64,000 nucleotides of DNA from Dehalococcoidales bacterium (GTDB lineage: Bacteria > Chloroflexota > Dehalococcoidia > Dehalococcoidales > RBG-16-60-22): positions 142,560-206,559 of the forward strand of contig JBEKDZ010000001.1 of assembly GCA_050014095.1 (NCBI GenBank). Reading direction: 5' to 3'. Both the position numbers and the translations under genes were made by a program. Below, piece by piece: positions 9,405 through 18,365 of this stretch. The notes under the pieces were generated by a model. The model had not been told where the DNA came from. It did not search any database and was given only the letters and a program-made list of their open reading frames with translations. The stretch's first letter is position 1, and each line of letters begins with the position of its first letter.

Positions 9405-9508
9405 GTCATTGCGAGGGCGAAGCCCGTGGCAATCTCATTGATATATTTTGTACTATCGTGGGGATTGCCACGTCGTCTCGATTTTATCGAGACTCCTCGC
9501 AATGACGG
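9405..9508. repeat. pair of GTCATTGCGAGG...GGCAATC hairpin repeats in opposite orientation
   Basis: gtcattgcgagggcgaagcccgtggcaatc (9405-9434) and gggattgccacgtcgtctcgattttatcgagactcctcgcaatgacgg (9461-9508). A third copy lies at 32833-32870. Confidence 0.7.
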
Positions 9509-9557
9509 TAAAATTTTTCTTGGGTAATAAAGCTTTTTGGAGTATAATAAAGCCATA

Positions 9558-11168
9558 ATGGCTTCTCAAGTATTTTATCGTAAGTGGCGCCCGCAACTTT
9601 TCTCGGAAATACAGGAGCATGTGGCTAAAACGCTGCTCAATGCTCTGGCTACCGAGCGGGTCTCTCATGCCTACCTTTTCTGCGGTCCCCGCGGCACCGG
9701 CAAAACCAGCACCGCCCGCATTCTGGCGAAGGCAGTTAACTGCCTTAACAACGGCAAAGGCGAGCCCTGCAATCAATGCGATATGTGCCAAGCCATTACC
9801 GAGGGCAGAGCTCTCGATGTTATTGAAGTGGATGCCGCCAGCAATACCGGCGTCGATGATATCCGCAACCTGCGGGAAAAGGTGAACTATGCCCCTAACC
9901 AGGCGCGGAAAAAGGTCTACATCATCGATGAAGTCCATATGTTGAGCACCAGTGCCTCGAATGCCCTGCTCAAAACGCTGGAAGAGCCGCCGCCTCATGT
10001 TATGTTTATCCTGGCTACCACCGAGGTGCAAAAGCTCCTGCCGACTATCCTCTCCCGCTGCCAGCGGTTCGATTTCCACCGCCACACGCTAACAAATACC
10101 GTAGCCGAGCTAAACCGCGTCTGCCAAGGCGAAGGCATTAAAGCCCAAACGGAAGCCTTAAAGCTCATCGCCCGGGCGGCAACCGGCAGCCTGCGCGATG
10201 CCCTGAATCTTTTACAACAGCTTAATACCTTCTACGGCAACGAGCTTGAACTCCATCATGCGCAGGCAATGCTCGGCATCTCCGGCGACCGTCGCTCCAG
10301 AGAGCTGGTTAACCACATCATCAATAAAGACACCGCCGCCGGGATTACCACGCTTAATAACGTAAATAATGACGGACTCGACCTGCGCCAGTTCCACCGC
10401 GAACTGGTGGAATATTTAAGGCTGCTGCTCCTCGTTAAAACCGGCTCCAGCGAGTCTATCGAGCTTACGGAAGATGATATTAAAGAGCTTAAGGAGCTGG
10501 CGAACAAAGCCACGCTGGCTCAAATATTAAAAGCCGTCAAGCGTTTCGGGCAGCTTGAGCTTAACCTCGATAACTATGCCACCCTCCCACTAGAGCTGGC
10601 GATAGTTGATTCTATCCTCCCGGATGCCGAAGCAAAAGAAGAATCCGTCCGCCGCTTGGAACCCGAACCGTTATCCCGGAAAACACCCCCCAAAGTATCC
10701 CCACCGCCACCCGAACAAAAAGCAGTTCGGCCGGAAGAGAAAAAGACCCCCAACCCCGAGCAACCGCCCAAATCAACGGTCGTAGAAAAACCCACTCCTC
10801 AAAAATCAACGGGGGTGGAAGCCGACCCCTTGACCACCGGCAACCCCATCGCCCAATTACAGAGCCAGTGGAGCAAGATGATTAACGAGGCGCCGGACGG
10901 CATGGGCAAGACCCCGGCGGCTGCCTTGCTGCGAAGCGCCCGACCCAAAGAAATAGCGGACGACGTTCTGGTGTTATCTTTTAAATACCCCATGCATAAA
11001 GAAAACATGGAAAAAATGGAAAATCAAAAAATGGCGGAGAAAATCGTGAGCAGCTTTATGGGGCGTCCCTGCAAAGTTCGCTGCGTTTACGAACACGAAA
11101 ACAACCACCTGGTCAAAGCGGCTTTAAAGATGGGCGCCCGTGTTATCGATACGGAGGAAACAACATGA
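9558..11168 (+). CDS. dnaX: DNA polymerase III subunit gamma/tau
   Basis: Walker A GPRGTGKTS, zinc module CNQCDMC, DEVHML, SRCQRF and a Pro/Lys-rich linker. I prefer ATG 9558 over the track's TTG 9537. Confidence 0.95.
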   Translation: MASQVFYRKWRPQLFSEIQEHVAKTLLNALATERVSHAYLFCGPRGTGKTSTARILAKAVNCLNNGKGEPCNQCDMCQAITEGRALDVIEVDAASNTGVDDIRNLREKVNYAPNQARKKVYIIDEVHMLSTSASNALLKTLEEPPPHVMFILATTEVQKLLPTILSRCQRFDFHRHTLTNTVAELNRVCQGEGIKAQTEALKLIARAATGSLRDALNLLQQLNTFYGNELELHHAQAMLGISGDRRSRELVNHIINKDTAAGITTLNNVNNDGLDLRQFHRELVEYLRLLLLVKTGSSESIELTEDDIKELKELANKATLAQILKAVKRFGQLELNLDNYATLPLELAIVDSILPDAEAKEESVRRLEPEPLSRKTPPKVSPPPPEQKAVRPEEKKTPNPEQPPKSTVVEKPTPQKSTGVEADPLTTGNPIAQLQSQWSKMINEAPDGMGKTPAAALLRSARPKEIADDVLVLSFKYPMHKENMEKMENQKMAEKIVSSFMGRPCKVRCVYEHENNHLVKAALKMGARVIDTEETT

Positions 11169-11473
11169 TGAATAAAAATATGATGCAGCAGGCGCAAAGA
11201 CTCCAGGCGCAGCTACTTAAGGCGCAGGAAGAGCTGGCTAATCTTAATGTTGAGGCAAGCTCCGGCGGCGGCGCGGTTACCGTGGTGATGAATGGCCAGC
11301 TGCAGATACAGTCGGTGAAAATCTCTAAAGAGGTCGTCAATCCGGAAGACGTGGCAATGCTGGAGGATTTGGTCCTGACCGCCGTTAAAGAGGCACAGGC
11401 TAAAGCACAGGAAGCCGCCTCTAAAAAAATGGGCGCGCTAACTGGAGGACTAAAGATACCGGGATTGATGTAA
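11165..11473 (+). CDS. ybaB: YbaB/EbfC family nucleoid-associated protein
   Basis: About 100 aa, overlaps the dnaX stop (ATGA) and sits in the typical dnaX-ybaB-recR position. MMQQAQRLQAQL and GGGAVTVVMNG fit the family. Confidence 0.9.
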   Translation: MMNKNMMQQAQRLQAQLLKAQEELANLNVEASSGGGAVTVVMNGQLQIQSVKISKEVVNPEDVAMLEDLVLTAVKEAQAKAQEAASKKMGALTGGLKIPGLM

Positions 11474-11478
11474 CGACT

Positions 11479-11565
11479 GTCATTCTGGCGAATGCCAGAA
11501 TCCATTTTGAAAATTCTTCATTTACTCTGTCATTAAGTGGATTCCAGCCTACGCTGGAATGACAC
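11479..11565. repeat. two GTCATT...GGAATGAC-family hairpin repeats
   Basis: gtcattctggcgaatgccagaatcca (11479-11504) and gtcattaagtggattccagcctacgctggaatgacac (11529-11565). They lie between ybaB and recR. Confidence 0.75.
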
Positions 11566-11589
11566 CACAAAACAATAAAAGGAGCACCA

Positions 11590-12204
11590 GTGTCCAAACA
11601 AGACCCCATCCCCGCTAGCGACGCTATTGGCAGGCTGGTACAGGAGTTTTCCAAGCTCCCGGGCATTGGGCCTAAAAGCGCCCAGCGTATTGTTTTTCAC
11701 CTGCTGCGTTCTCCGGACGAAAAAGCCAAAGCCCTCGCCGAGGCGCTGGTCTCGCTTAAGCAGCGGGTCAACCTCTGCTCCGTCTGCTGCAACGTAACGG
11801 AGAGCGACCCCTGCTCCATCTGCCGCAATCCCCAGCGTGATATTTCACAGGTCTGCATTGTCGAACAGCCGCAGGATATCCTGGCTTTAGAGCACACCGG
11901 CGCCTATAAAGGACTTTACCACGTCCTCCACGGCGCAATCTCCCCCACCGAGGGCATCGGCACGGATAACATAAGAATCAGGGAGCTGCTCGCCCGCTTC
12001 CAGAGCAACACGGTCAAAGAGGTTATCCTCGCCACCAACACCAACATGGAAGGCGAGCAGACCGCCATGTACCTCTCCCGCGTTATCACCCCTCTCGGCA
12101 TCAAGGTCACCCGCCTTGCCCGCGGCCTCCCTTTTGGGACCGAGCTGGAATATGCCGACGACGTTACGCTTACGAGGGCTTTAGAGGGACGCCAGGAGTT
12201 TTAG
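11590..12204 (+). CDS. recR: recombination protein RecR
   Basis: N-terminal HhH, C4 zinc finger [16 protein letters not shown], and Toprim domain ([18 protein letters not shown]). Confidence 0.95.
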   Translation: MSKQDPIPASDAIGRLVQEFSKLPGIGPKSAQRIVFHLLRSPDEKAKALAEALVSLKQRVNLCSVCCNVTESDPCSICRNPQRDISQVCIVEQPQDILALEHTGAYKGLYHVLHGAISPTEGIGTDNIRIRELLARFQSNTVKEVILATNTNMEGEQTAMYLSRVITPLGIKVTRLARGLPFGTELEYADDVTLTRALEGRQEF

Positions 12205-12210
12205 GCAAAA

Positions 12211-12280
12211 TCCCTCTTAATCTCCCTTTTTTAAAGGGAGAAATCAGCCTCCCTCTTTATAAAAGAGGGATAGAGGGAGA
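12211..12280. repeat. cluster of CTCCC/GGGAG hairpin repeats
   Basis: tctcccttttttaaagggaga (12221-12241) and ccctctttataaaagaggg (12251-12269). Confidence 0.75.
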
Positions 12281-12354
12281 TTTTGTCACCCATGTCAGAC
12301 CCGCGTGAATTGGTGTGATATAATACGGATGAAAGCCTTATAAGGAAGTGGATT

Positions 12355-12519
12355 ATGAAAACATTCACAGCTTATGTAGAAATGGATGAAGAAATGGGAC
12401 TTTACATCGGTATCGTGCCGGGGATTCCAGGCGCGCATACCCAGGCAGCTACGCTGGATGAACTGCGAACCAATCTTAAAGAAGTCCTGGAATTGTGCCT
12501 TCAAGAACATAATAACTAA
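12355..12519 (+). CDS. HicB-family (UPF0150) antitoxin-like protein, 54 aa, no HicA partner seen
   Basis: Missing from the track because it is under 60 aa. MKTFTAYVEMDEEMGLYIGIVPGIPGAHTQAATLDELRTNLKEVLELCL matches the HicB N-domain pattern. RBS aaggaag lies upstream. Confidence 0.7.
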   Translation: MKTFTAYVEMDEEMGLYIGIVPGIPGAHTQAATLDELRTNLKEVLELCLQEHNN

Positions 12520-12533
12520 TATATAAGAAGTTT

Positions 12534-12560
12534 AAGAGGGGCAAAGCCCCTCTTTTAATT
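12534..12560 (+). terminator. terminator-like hairpin after the hicB-like ORF
   Basis: aagaggggcaaagcccctctt followed by ttaattt. Confidence 0.5.
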
Positions 12561-12614
12561 TCTCCCCCTCTCTGCTAGCGGAGAGGGGGAACAAGGGGGA
12601 GAGGTTAGCTAACC

Positions 12615-13397
12615 ATGTCAGACCCGCGTGAGTATCAAACAGAAGCCATCGTCATTAAAAAGACGAAGCTGGGCGAGGCGGATAGCATCCTCACCTTCTT
12701 TACCCTCCACCTCGGCAAGATACAGGGCTTTGCCAAGAGCCTGCGCAAACCCAAGAGTAAAATGGCGGGCCACCTTGAGCTGCTCACCTACAGCGCGGTG
12801 TCTTTTTCACGGGGTCGCGGCAGTATTGATACTATTACCGGCGCCCAGACCATCAACGCTTTTTTGCCCCTGAAAAACGACCTCTGGCTGACTTCGTGCG
12901 GACTCTATGTCTCCGAGCTTATCAACCAGTCCACCGCCGAGCACCAAGAGAACTACGGGCTGTTTCAACTGATGCTGGAGACGCTTAATCGGCTCTGCGA
13001 GGCAGAGAACAAGGAGCTCGTCCTACGCTATTTCGAGCTGCACCTGCTGGAAAGTGTCGGCTACCGTCCCCAGCTTAAGGAATGCGTTACCTGCCACCGC
13101 CCCTTAGACCCCACCACCAACTATTTCAGTCCCACCGCCGGCGGCATGCTCTGCCCCGATTGTAATTTGAATCAGCCGTTTTCTTATCCCCTATCCGTCA
13201 ACGCCCAGAAAGTCCTCCGGCTTTTACAGTTTGAGGACTTTTCCGCCGCCCGACTGAAAATCGATTCCGAGCTTGCCCGCGAGATGGAAAACGTTATCGG
13301 CGGCTACTTTAGGTACCTGTTGGAAAAAGAAGTCAAATCCGCCGCCTGGCTCGATGCCTTAAGGGAACAAAGACTACAGTTTAAGCGTACGACTTAA
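12615..13397 (+). CDS. recO: DNA repair protein RecO
   Basis: N-terminal OB fold (EAIVIKKTKLGEADSILTFFT), zinc motif CVTCHR...CPDC, and a length of 260 aa. Confidence 0.9.
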   Translation: MSDPREYQTEAIVIKKTKLGEADSILTFFTLHLGKIQGFAKSLRKPKSKMAGHLELLTYSAVSFSRGRGSIDTITGAQTINAFLPLKNDLWLTSCGLYVSELINQSTAEHQENYGLFQLMLETLNRLCEAENKELVLRYFELHLLESVGYRPQLKECVTCHRPLDPTTNYFSPTAGGMLCPDCNLNQPFSYPLSVNAQKVLRLLQFEDFSAARLKIDSELAREMENVIGGYFRYLLEKEVKSAAWLDALREQRLQFKRTT

Positions 13398-13400
13398 AAC

Positions 13401-13640
13401 GTCATTCCCGCGAAAGCGGGAATCCAGTTTATCTCCCCCTTTGAAAAAGGGGGTTCACCCTGAAGGCTCACCCTGAAGGGATTAAGGGGGATTTTAAGGA
13501 AACACAACAACTTCACCCTCACCTAGCCTCTCCCATCAAGGGAGAGGAACGAACGAGGTAAGATTAGAATTTTTCCGTCTTCTCTCCCCTTGTGGGAGAG
13601 ATAAGAGTGAGGGGAATTTTCAAGATTTATTAGAAGATAG
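13401..13640. repeat. array of mixed hairpin repeats
   Basis: Contains gtcattcccgcgaaagcgggaatccag, tccccctttgaaaaaggggg, ttcaccctgaagg twice, cctctcccatcaagggagagg and tctccccttgtgggagag. Each unit recurs elsewhere in the window. Confidence 0.8.
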
Positions 13641-13667
13641 TCTTTTCAAATCAAGCTAGAAAAAGCC

Positions 13668-14906
13668 CTATTTTATTACCTTCGCCCCAACGTATTTATG
13701 TAAAACTTCCGGCACAGCGATAGACCCATCAGCCTGCTGGTAGTTCTCCATGACGGCAATCATTATCCGCGGCAAGGCTAAACCCGACCCGTTAAGCGTA
13801 TGGACGAACTGGGGCTTGGCATCCGGTCCCGGACGGTATCTAATATTAGCCCGTCGCGCCTGGAAATCACCGCAGTTGGAGCAGGAGCTGACCTCGAGCC
13901 ATTCCTCGCAGCCCGGCGCCCAGACGTCGATATCGTAAGATTTCGTGGAAGCAAAACCGATATCGCCGGTGCAGAGTAAACGGATACGATAAGCTAACCC
14001 CAGCTTCTGGCAAACCTCCTCGGCGTCATGGGTAAGCTTTTCCAGCTCGTCGTTGGATGTCTCCGGCGCGACGAATTTATAAAGCTCCACCTTATCGAAC
14101 TGGTGTCCTCTTTTTATGCCGCGCGTGTCCTTGCCGGCGGACATTTTCTCACGGCGGAAGCAGGCGGTATAAGCGCAGTAATAAATGGGCAGGTCTTCTG
14201 CGGTGAGGATTTCATCGCGGTGGAGGTTGGTGAGGGGTATTTCCGCCGTCCCCACAAACCAATAGTCCTCCTCAGCGTCATGGTAGATATTCTCGGCGAA
14301 CTTGGGCAGCTGCCCTGCCCCGACCATACACTCCCGCTTGACCATGTAAGGCGGGTAAATCTCTTTATAGCCGTGCTCGCCGGTATGCAGGTCGAGGAAA
14401 AAGGTGATTAAGGCGCGCTGCAGCCTGGCGCCCATCCCCTTGAGTACATAAAAGCGCGTGCCGGAAAGTTTAACCCCCCGCTCGAAGTCGATGATTTTCA
14501 GATTTTCGCCCAGCGTCCAGTGCGGCGCTGGCTTAAAGTCGAACTTCTTGGGCTCGCCCCAGGTGCGTATGTTTACATTTTCCGTGTCGTCCTTCCCCAA
14601 TGGGACATCGGGTTGAGGGATATTTGGTATCTGAAGGAGGAGTGCCTCGAGCCAGGAGTCTAGTTTATTGACTTCATCTTCCAGGTTTTGTATTTCGGTA
14701 CGGAGGGCGCGACCTCTCTCCTGCGCTTTTTCCCGCTCTTTAGAGATGGTTTTTCTCTCCTGGCGTAAGCCGTCCAGCTTAACGATGTTCTGGCGGCGTA
14801 AAGCGTCGAGGCGTAAGATTTCATCAATCGGCGCGCTATCGTGTCGATTTTCGATTGCTTTTTTAACGAGGTCGGGATTTTCCCTGATAATTTTTATGTC
14901 AAGCAT
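13668..14906 (-). CDS. serS: serine--tRNA ligase
   Basis: N-terminal coiled-coil arm and class II motifs (FRREKMSAGKDTRGIKRGHQFDKVE, GSGLALPR). Confidence 0.97.
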   Translation of the reverse strand: MLDIKIIRENPDLVKKAIENRHDSAPIDEILRLDALRRQNIVKLDGLRQERKTISKEREKAQERGRALRTEIQNLEDEVNKLDSWLEALLLQIPNIPQPDVPLGKDDTENVNIRTWGEPKKFDFKPAPHWTLGENLKIIDFERGVKLSGTRFYVLKGMGARLQRALITFFLDLHTGEHGYKEIYPPYMVKRECMVGAGQLPKFAENIYHDAEEDYWFVGTAEIPLTNLHRDEILTAEDLPIYYCAYTACFRREKMSAGKDTRGIKRGHQFDKVELYKFVAPETSNDELEKLTHDAEEVCQKLGLAYRIRLLCTGDIGFASTKSYDIDVWAPGCEEWLEVSSCSNCGDFQARRANIRYRPGPDAKPQFVHTLNGSGLALPRIMIAVMENYQQADGSIAVPEVLHKYVGAKVIK

Positions 14907-15066
14907 GGGTTTATTCCTCGGTTTTTAACCCTATCCTCTTTATCCTACAGGTTAACCCTGAAGGGCTCCGCCCCTCTTAGACGCCCCATAGGTAGTTATT
15001 ACCAGTATCGCTTGCCCTTGACGAAGCTGTCAAGTCCCGACTTCTTGTATTTTTATATCTCTTAAA

Positions 15067-15453
15067 TTATTCCTCTCCCTTGACGGGAGAGGCTAGGTGA
15101 GGGTGAACTCTTTGTTTTAGAATTTCTGTAATAGTATATAACACTCCCTCTGTGTTTTGTAGAACATCATTATTCCAGAATCTTAAAACCCGATAACCCT
15201 TTTGCTCTAACAAGCGAGTCCTTTGCTCGTCTCGCTCTTTATTAGGTGTTTCGTTATGTTGACCGCCATCAATTTCAATAATCACCTTTTTCTCAAAACA
15301 AACAAAATCAGCGATATAATCTCCAACCTGTTGCTGCCGGCGGAACTTAGCTCCTTCCAGTTGCCTGTTACATATTTTATACCAAATGACCGTTTCGGCT
15401 TCGGTCTGCCTTGCTCGTAGCCCTTTGGCCAAGTTTGTTAGGGCATTTTTCAT
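15067..15453 (-). CDS. DUF559 (Vsr-like) endonuclease domain protein
   Basis: ETVIW, FRRQQ, YIADFVC, IIEIDGGQH, DEQRTRLLEQKGYRVLRFWNNDV. The C-terminal HPHLASPVKGEE is read out of a hairpin-repeat unit. Confidence 0.85.
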   Translation of the reverse strand: MKNALTNLAKGLRARQTEAETVIWYKICNRQLEGAKFRRQQQVGDYIADFVCFEKKVIIEIDGGQHNETPNKERDEQRTRLLEQKGYRVLRFWNNDVLQNTEGVLYTITEILKQRVHPHLASPVKGEE

Positions 15454-15477
15454 TTTATTTTACCCCCTCACCTTAAT

Positions 15478-15499
15478 CCTCTCCCGCGGTGGGGAGAGG
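15478..15499. repeat. CTCTCCC-loop-GGGAGAG hairpin repeat
   Basis: cctctcccgcggtggggagagg, preceded by ccccctcacc. Confidence 0.75.
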
Positions 15500-15556
15500 A
15501 GACGGGAAAAGGGATTTATCCACCTTGAGTAATCTTATCTTCATACGTTTCAAGTT

Positions 15557-15973
15557 TTAACCAAGTACGCCTATAGTATAAAGTTTTTCTACATTTAAGT
15601 CGCAATGAATAATTTCAATCCGATGCGGAAAAGGACATCCTTGCCATCGCTTTAATAATTTCGATGCCATTTCTTGATCAGTAAGAATCATGACCCGGTG
15701 TGCTTCACCTGACCAAAGAGTTAACCATAACAATTCTGTGGAGGCTCTGTCTTGTCCTCCTGTATTATTTGACCCACTCTTATTCTTCCATGGACTAGTT
15801 GTTATTCCACCAATGAACTTATCGAGCGCAAAAAGGTCAAATTTATGTGTGGAGTTTTTACCTATTGGAAGTTTTGTCTCATTATCCTTTACTTCTACCT
15901 GATATTGTTTTTTAAAAAGGTGACGTGCGTCTCTTTCTGCTTGTCTTTTTTGTGCAATTTCTTCATGAGTCAC
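15557..15973 (-). CDS. hypothetical protein (138 aa), AT-rich, possibly nuclease-fold
   Basis: A GTG start 5 nt after the lysS stop, with gaggggt RBS inside the lysS 3' end. The rest of the track ORF (up to 16138) overlaps lysS out of frame. I recognised no family. Confidence 0.5.
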   Translation of the reverse strand: MTHEEIAQKRQAERDARHLFKKQYQVEVKDNETKLPIGKNSTHKFDLFALDKFIGGITTSPWKNKSGSNNTGGQDRASTELLWLTLWSGEAHRVMILTDQEMASKLLKRWQGCPFPHRIEIIHCDLNVEKLYTIGVLG

Positions 15974-15978
15974 AATGT

Positions 15979-17460
15979 TTACCCCTCTTTCTCCCTCAAC
16001 TGCGGGAACAAAATAACTTCTCTTATCGACTGCTGGTTGGTCAGCAGCATCACCAGCCGGTCGATGCCGATGCCCAGACCGCCGGTGGGAGGCATGCCGT
16101 ACTCCAGAGCCGTTAAAAAGTCCTCGTCGATGGTCCATTTCTCGGCGTCGTTGCCATGCCGCTCCTGCATTTGCTCGATAAACCTCTCTCGCTGCAGCAG
16201 GGGGTCGTTAAGCTCGGAATAGGCGTTGCCTAGCTCCAGACCGCCGGCATAAGGCTGGAAACGCTCCACCACTCTCTCTTCGCCGGGTTTGTTCTTGGCT
16301 AATGGCGACATGGAGACCGGATAATCGCAAACGATGGTCGGCTGGATGAGCTTCGGCCGAACTGTTTTCAATAACTCATCGACCAGTTTGGGCCAGCTCT
16401 TTTTAGGGTCGACCTCAATTTTTTTTGAACGCATTTTTTCACGCAGCCCATCAGCGGTGGGATAAACCACGAAGTCGATACTTGTATATTCTTTAATAAC
16501 GTCCCGCAGGGTAACGTGACGCCAGGGAGGTGTTAACTTGATAGAATTTTCGCCATATTTGATCTTCGTCACACCCAGCACCTGCTGCGCTACGAATGGC
16601 ACCATTTCCTCTACCATCTTCATCACGTCCATATAGTCGGCATAAGCCTCGTAGCTTTCCAGCATAGTGAACTCCGGGTGATGTTCTGTATCAAAGCCCT
16701 CGTTGCGGAAATCCCGCCCTATCTCGTAGACTTTATCAAATCCGCCGATGATTAATCTTTTAAGATGCAGCTCGGTAGCGATACGCAGGTATAAGTCCCG
16801 GTCGAGCGCGTTATGGTGGGTGATGAAGGGGGCAGCTAATGCGCCGCCCGCCGCCGATTGCAGCACCGGCGTTTCTACCTCGATAAAGCCATGCTCGTCG
16901 AGGAACTGGCGTACGGCAGTGATAATTTTACTCCGCGTCTTTAAGACATCCTTGACCTCCACATTGGCAATAAGGTCGACATAGCGCTGACGGTAGCGTA
17001 GCTCGACATCGCTCAAGCCATGCCATTTTTCCGGCAACGGCCGTAGCGATTTCGAAAGCAGAATAAAGTCAGTAACGGAGATTGTTGGTTCGCCGGTGCG
17101 GGTGCGTAGTAATGTGCCTTCTACCCCTAAAATATCGCCGATATCCAAATCTTTAAAGAGATCCTGCTTGTCTGTTTTATAATTAGCCGTTTGGAATAAA
17201 AGCTGTATCTTGCCGGAGCCATCGCGGATATCGACAAAAGAGGCTTTGCCCATTTTCCTCACCGCCATAATCCTCCCCGCCACGCTAACTGACTTTGATT
17301 TTGCCTGGGGCTTTTTTTCCTGCTCTTCCAGCTTTTTTATAGCCTCCTGCGCCGTGTGCGTTTGCTCGAAGCGGTTAGGATAGGGGTTTATACCGCTGGT
17401 GCGGAGTCGCTCCAGCTTTTGTTTTCTCTGCTCGTTAATATCATCTAATCTTGATGGCAT
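15979..17460 (-). CDS. lysS: lysine--tRNA ligase (class II)
   Basis: OB anticodon domain, class II motifs (FRNEGFDTEHHPEFTMLE, GGLGIGIDRLVMLL), 493 aa. Confidence 0.97.
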   Translation of the reverse strand: MPSRLDDINEQRKQKLERLRTSGINPYPNRFEQTHTAQEAIKKLEEQEKKPQAKSKSVSVAGRIMAVRKMGKASFVDIRDGSGKIQLLFQTANYKTDKQDLFKDLDIGDILGVEGTLLRTRTGEPTISVTDFILLSKSLRPLPEKWHGLSDVELRYRQRYVDLIANVEVKDVLKTRSKIITAVRQFLDEHGFIEVETPVLQSAAGGALAAPFITHHNALDRDLYLRIATELHLKRLIIGGFDKVYEIGRDFRNEGFDTEHHPEFTMLESYEAYADYMDVMKMVEEMVPFVAQQVLGVTKIKYGENSIKLTPPWRHVTLRDVIKEYTSIDFVVYPTADGLREKMRSKKIEVDPKKSWPKLVDELLKTVRPKLIQPTIVCDYPVSMSPLAKNKPGEERVVERFQPYAGGLELGNAYSELNDPLLQRERFIEQMQERHGNDAEKWTIDEDFLTALEYGMPPTGGLGIGIDRLVMLLTNQQSIREVILFPQLREKEG

Positions 17461-17506
17461 ATCTGATACCTACCTGCATAAATCTCATCAGAAGCCGTCT
17501 GAAAAC

Positions 17507-17608
17507 GTCATTCTGAGGGAGCGAAGCGACCGTGAGAATCCCAGATTCGGATATACTTGAAGCTATGAACCTCCCCCAACCGAGATCCTTCACTTCGTTC
17601 AGGATGAC
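17507..17608. repeat. two GTCAT(T/C)CTGA...family hairpin repeats in opposite orientation
   Basis: gtcattctgagggagcgaagcgaccgtgagaatccc (17507-17542) and gatccttcacttcgttcaggatgac (17584-17608). The second is the reverse complement of the unit at 48829-48853. Confidence 0.75.
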
Positions 17609-17750
17609 AATTCAAGATTTTCGGACAGTTTCGTTCAAAATCATTATAAGTTATCTGCGCATGATGGTAAAGGGCAAGCTGACATCCGGCTGCTCACGGG
17701 AGCATTTTTGTAACAATTGCCAATTTTGAGAAATTTATCGCTTTTGCCAC

Positions 17751-17779
17751 TTGACACAATTGTTTATTTCCTATATGAT
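17751..17779 (+). promoter_or_regulatory. candidate promoter
   Basis: TTGACA, a 17-nt spacer, then TATGAT. Followed by RBS aaaggagg and ATG 17822. Confidence 0.5.
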
Positions 17780-17821
17780 ACCTAGTAATTCTATGTATTT
17801 CATTAAAGGAGGTATCATCTA

Positions 17822-18202
17822 ATGCGCGTTCTCGGTATCATTGTCCTTATCCTGGGTCTGGTTGGAGTTGTCTTCGGCATCGTCTTTCTTCCCATGGCCA
17901 ACTCGGCGGAAAATGAAATTACCACCCAGGTAGCCCCGCTTACGCTCGATCAGGTAAGCCCCAAATACGATCAGGTCACAGCTGCATTTAATAAACAGAT
18001 GGCAGCTGAAGAGCCCCAGATACAAGCAGGAAAAGCCTTACCTAGCGCCATATATAACTACTATGCCGCACAAAGAGCTTTATTGGGTTTGGCAAAAGCC
18101 AATCTGGGCACCGTCACTCTCGTTAGATTCCTTGGCATCGTTAACATCTGCGTGGGCGTAGGTCTGGCTGCTGCCGGCTTCTACCTATACCGCAAAGCTT
18201 AA
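17822..18202 (+). CDS. small membrane protein (two predicted TM helices)
   Basis: Strong RBS and hydrophobic N- and C-terminal segments (VLGIIVLILGLVGVVFGIVFL, FLGIVNICVGVGLAAAGFYL). Confidence 0.55.
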   Translation: MRVLGIIVLILGLVGVVFGIVFLPMANSAENEITTQVAPLTLDQVSPKYDQVTAAFNKQMAAEEPQIQAGKALPSAIYNYYAAQRALLGLAKANLGTVTLVRFLGIVNICVGVGLAAAGFYLYRKA

Positions 18203-18241
18203 AAACACACTAAGAAAATAAACAATAGAATAGCGTCATAT

Positions 18242-18292
18242 ACGCCTCACCGACGTAATAACTACAACTTACCTCCGTCGGTGAGGCGTTTT
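18242..18292 (+). terminator. rho-independent terminator
   Basis: A 14-bp stem acgcctcaccgacg/cgtcggtgaggcgt followed by a T run. Confidence 0.65.
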
Positions 18293-18365
18293 ACGACTAT
18301 ATAGCATTTTATTCCACTTCTCTGTATAATACTCTCGAAATAATCATTCCAACAGGAGTAAGCCA

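Noticed and set aside
9453-10085. 210-aa minus-strand ORF.
   Set aside because: It is antisense to the well-supported dnaX N-terminal AAA+ domain and begins inside a hairpin-repeat element. It is a typical shadow ORF.
10990-11045. A-rich runs in dnaX (gaaaaaatgg, caaaaaatgg) as a gamma/tau frameshift or slippage site.
   Set aside because: There is no A AAA AAG heptamer in the right frame and no downstream hairpin. The runs lie near the 3' end, where a truncated gamma would not make sense.
12295-12510. Minus-strand 71-aa track ORF.
   Set aside because: The plus strand at 12355-12519 encodes a recognisable HicB/UPF0150-like sequence with an SD and a terminator. The minus-strand product has no recognisable features.
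13401-13640. The hairpin arrays here, at 32680-33100 and at 56997-57200 as possible CRISPR arrays.
   Set aside because: The units are heterogeneous in sequence, length and orientation, and there is no constant repeat alternating with unique spacers of fixed size. No cas genes are present in the window.
15974-16138. N-terminal 55 codons of track ORF 15557-16138.
   Set aside because: This part overlaps the lysS 3' end in another frame and is Arg/His/Gly-rich junk. A GTG with an SD right after the lysS stop gives a coherent 138-aa AT-rich gene instead.
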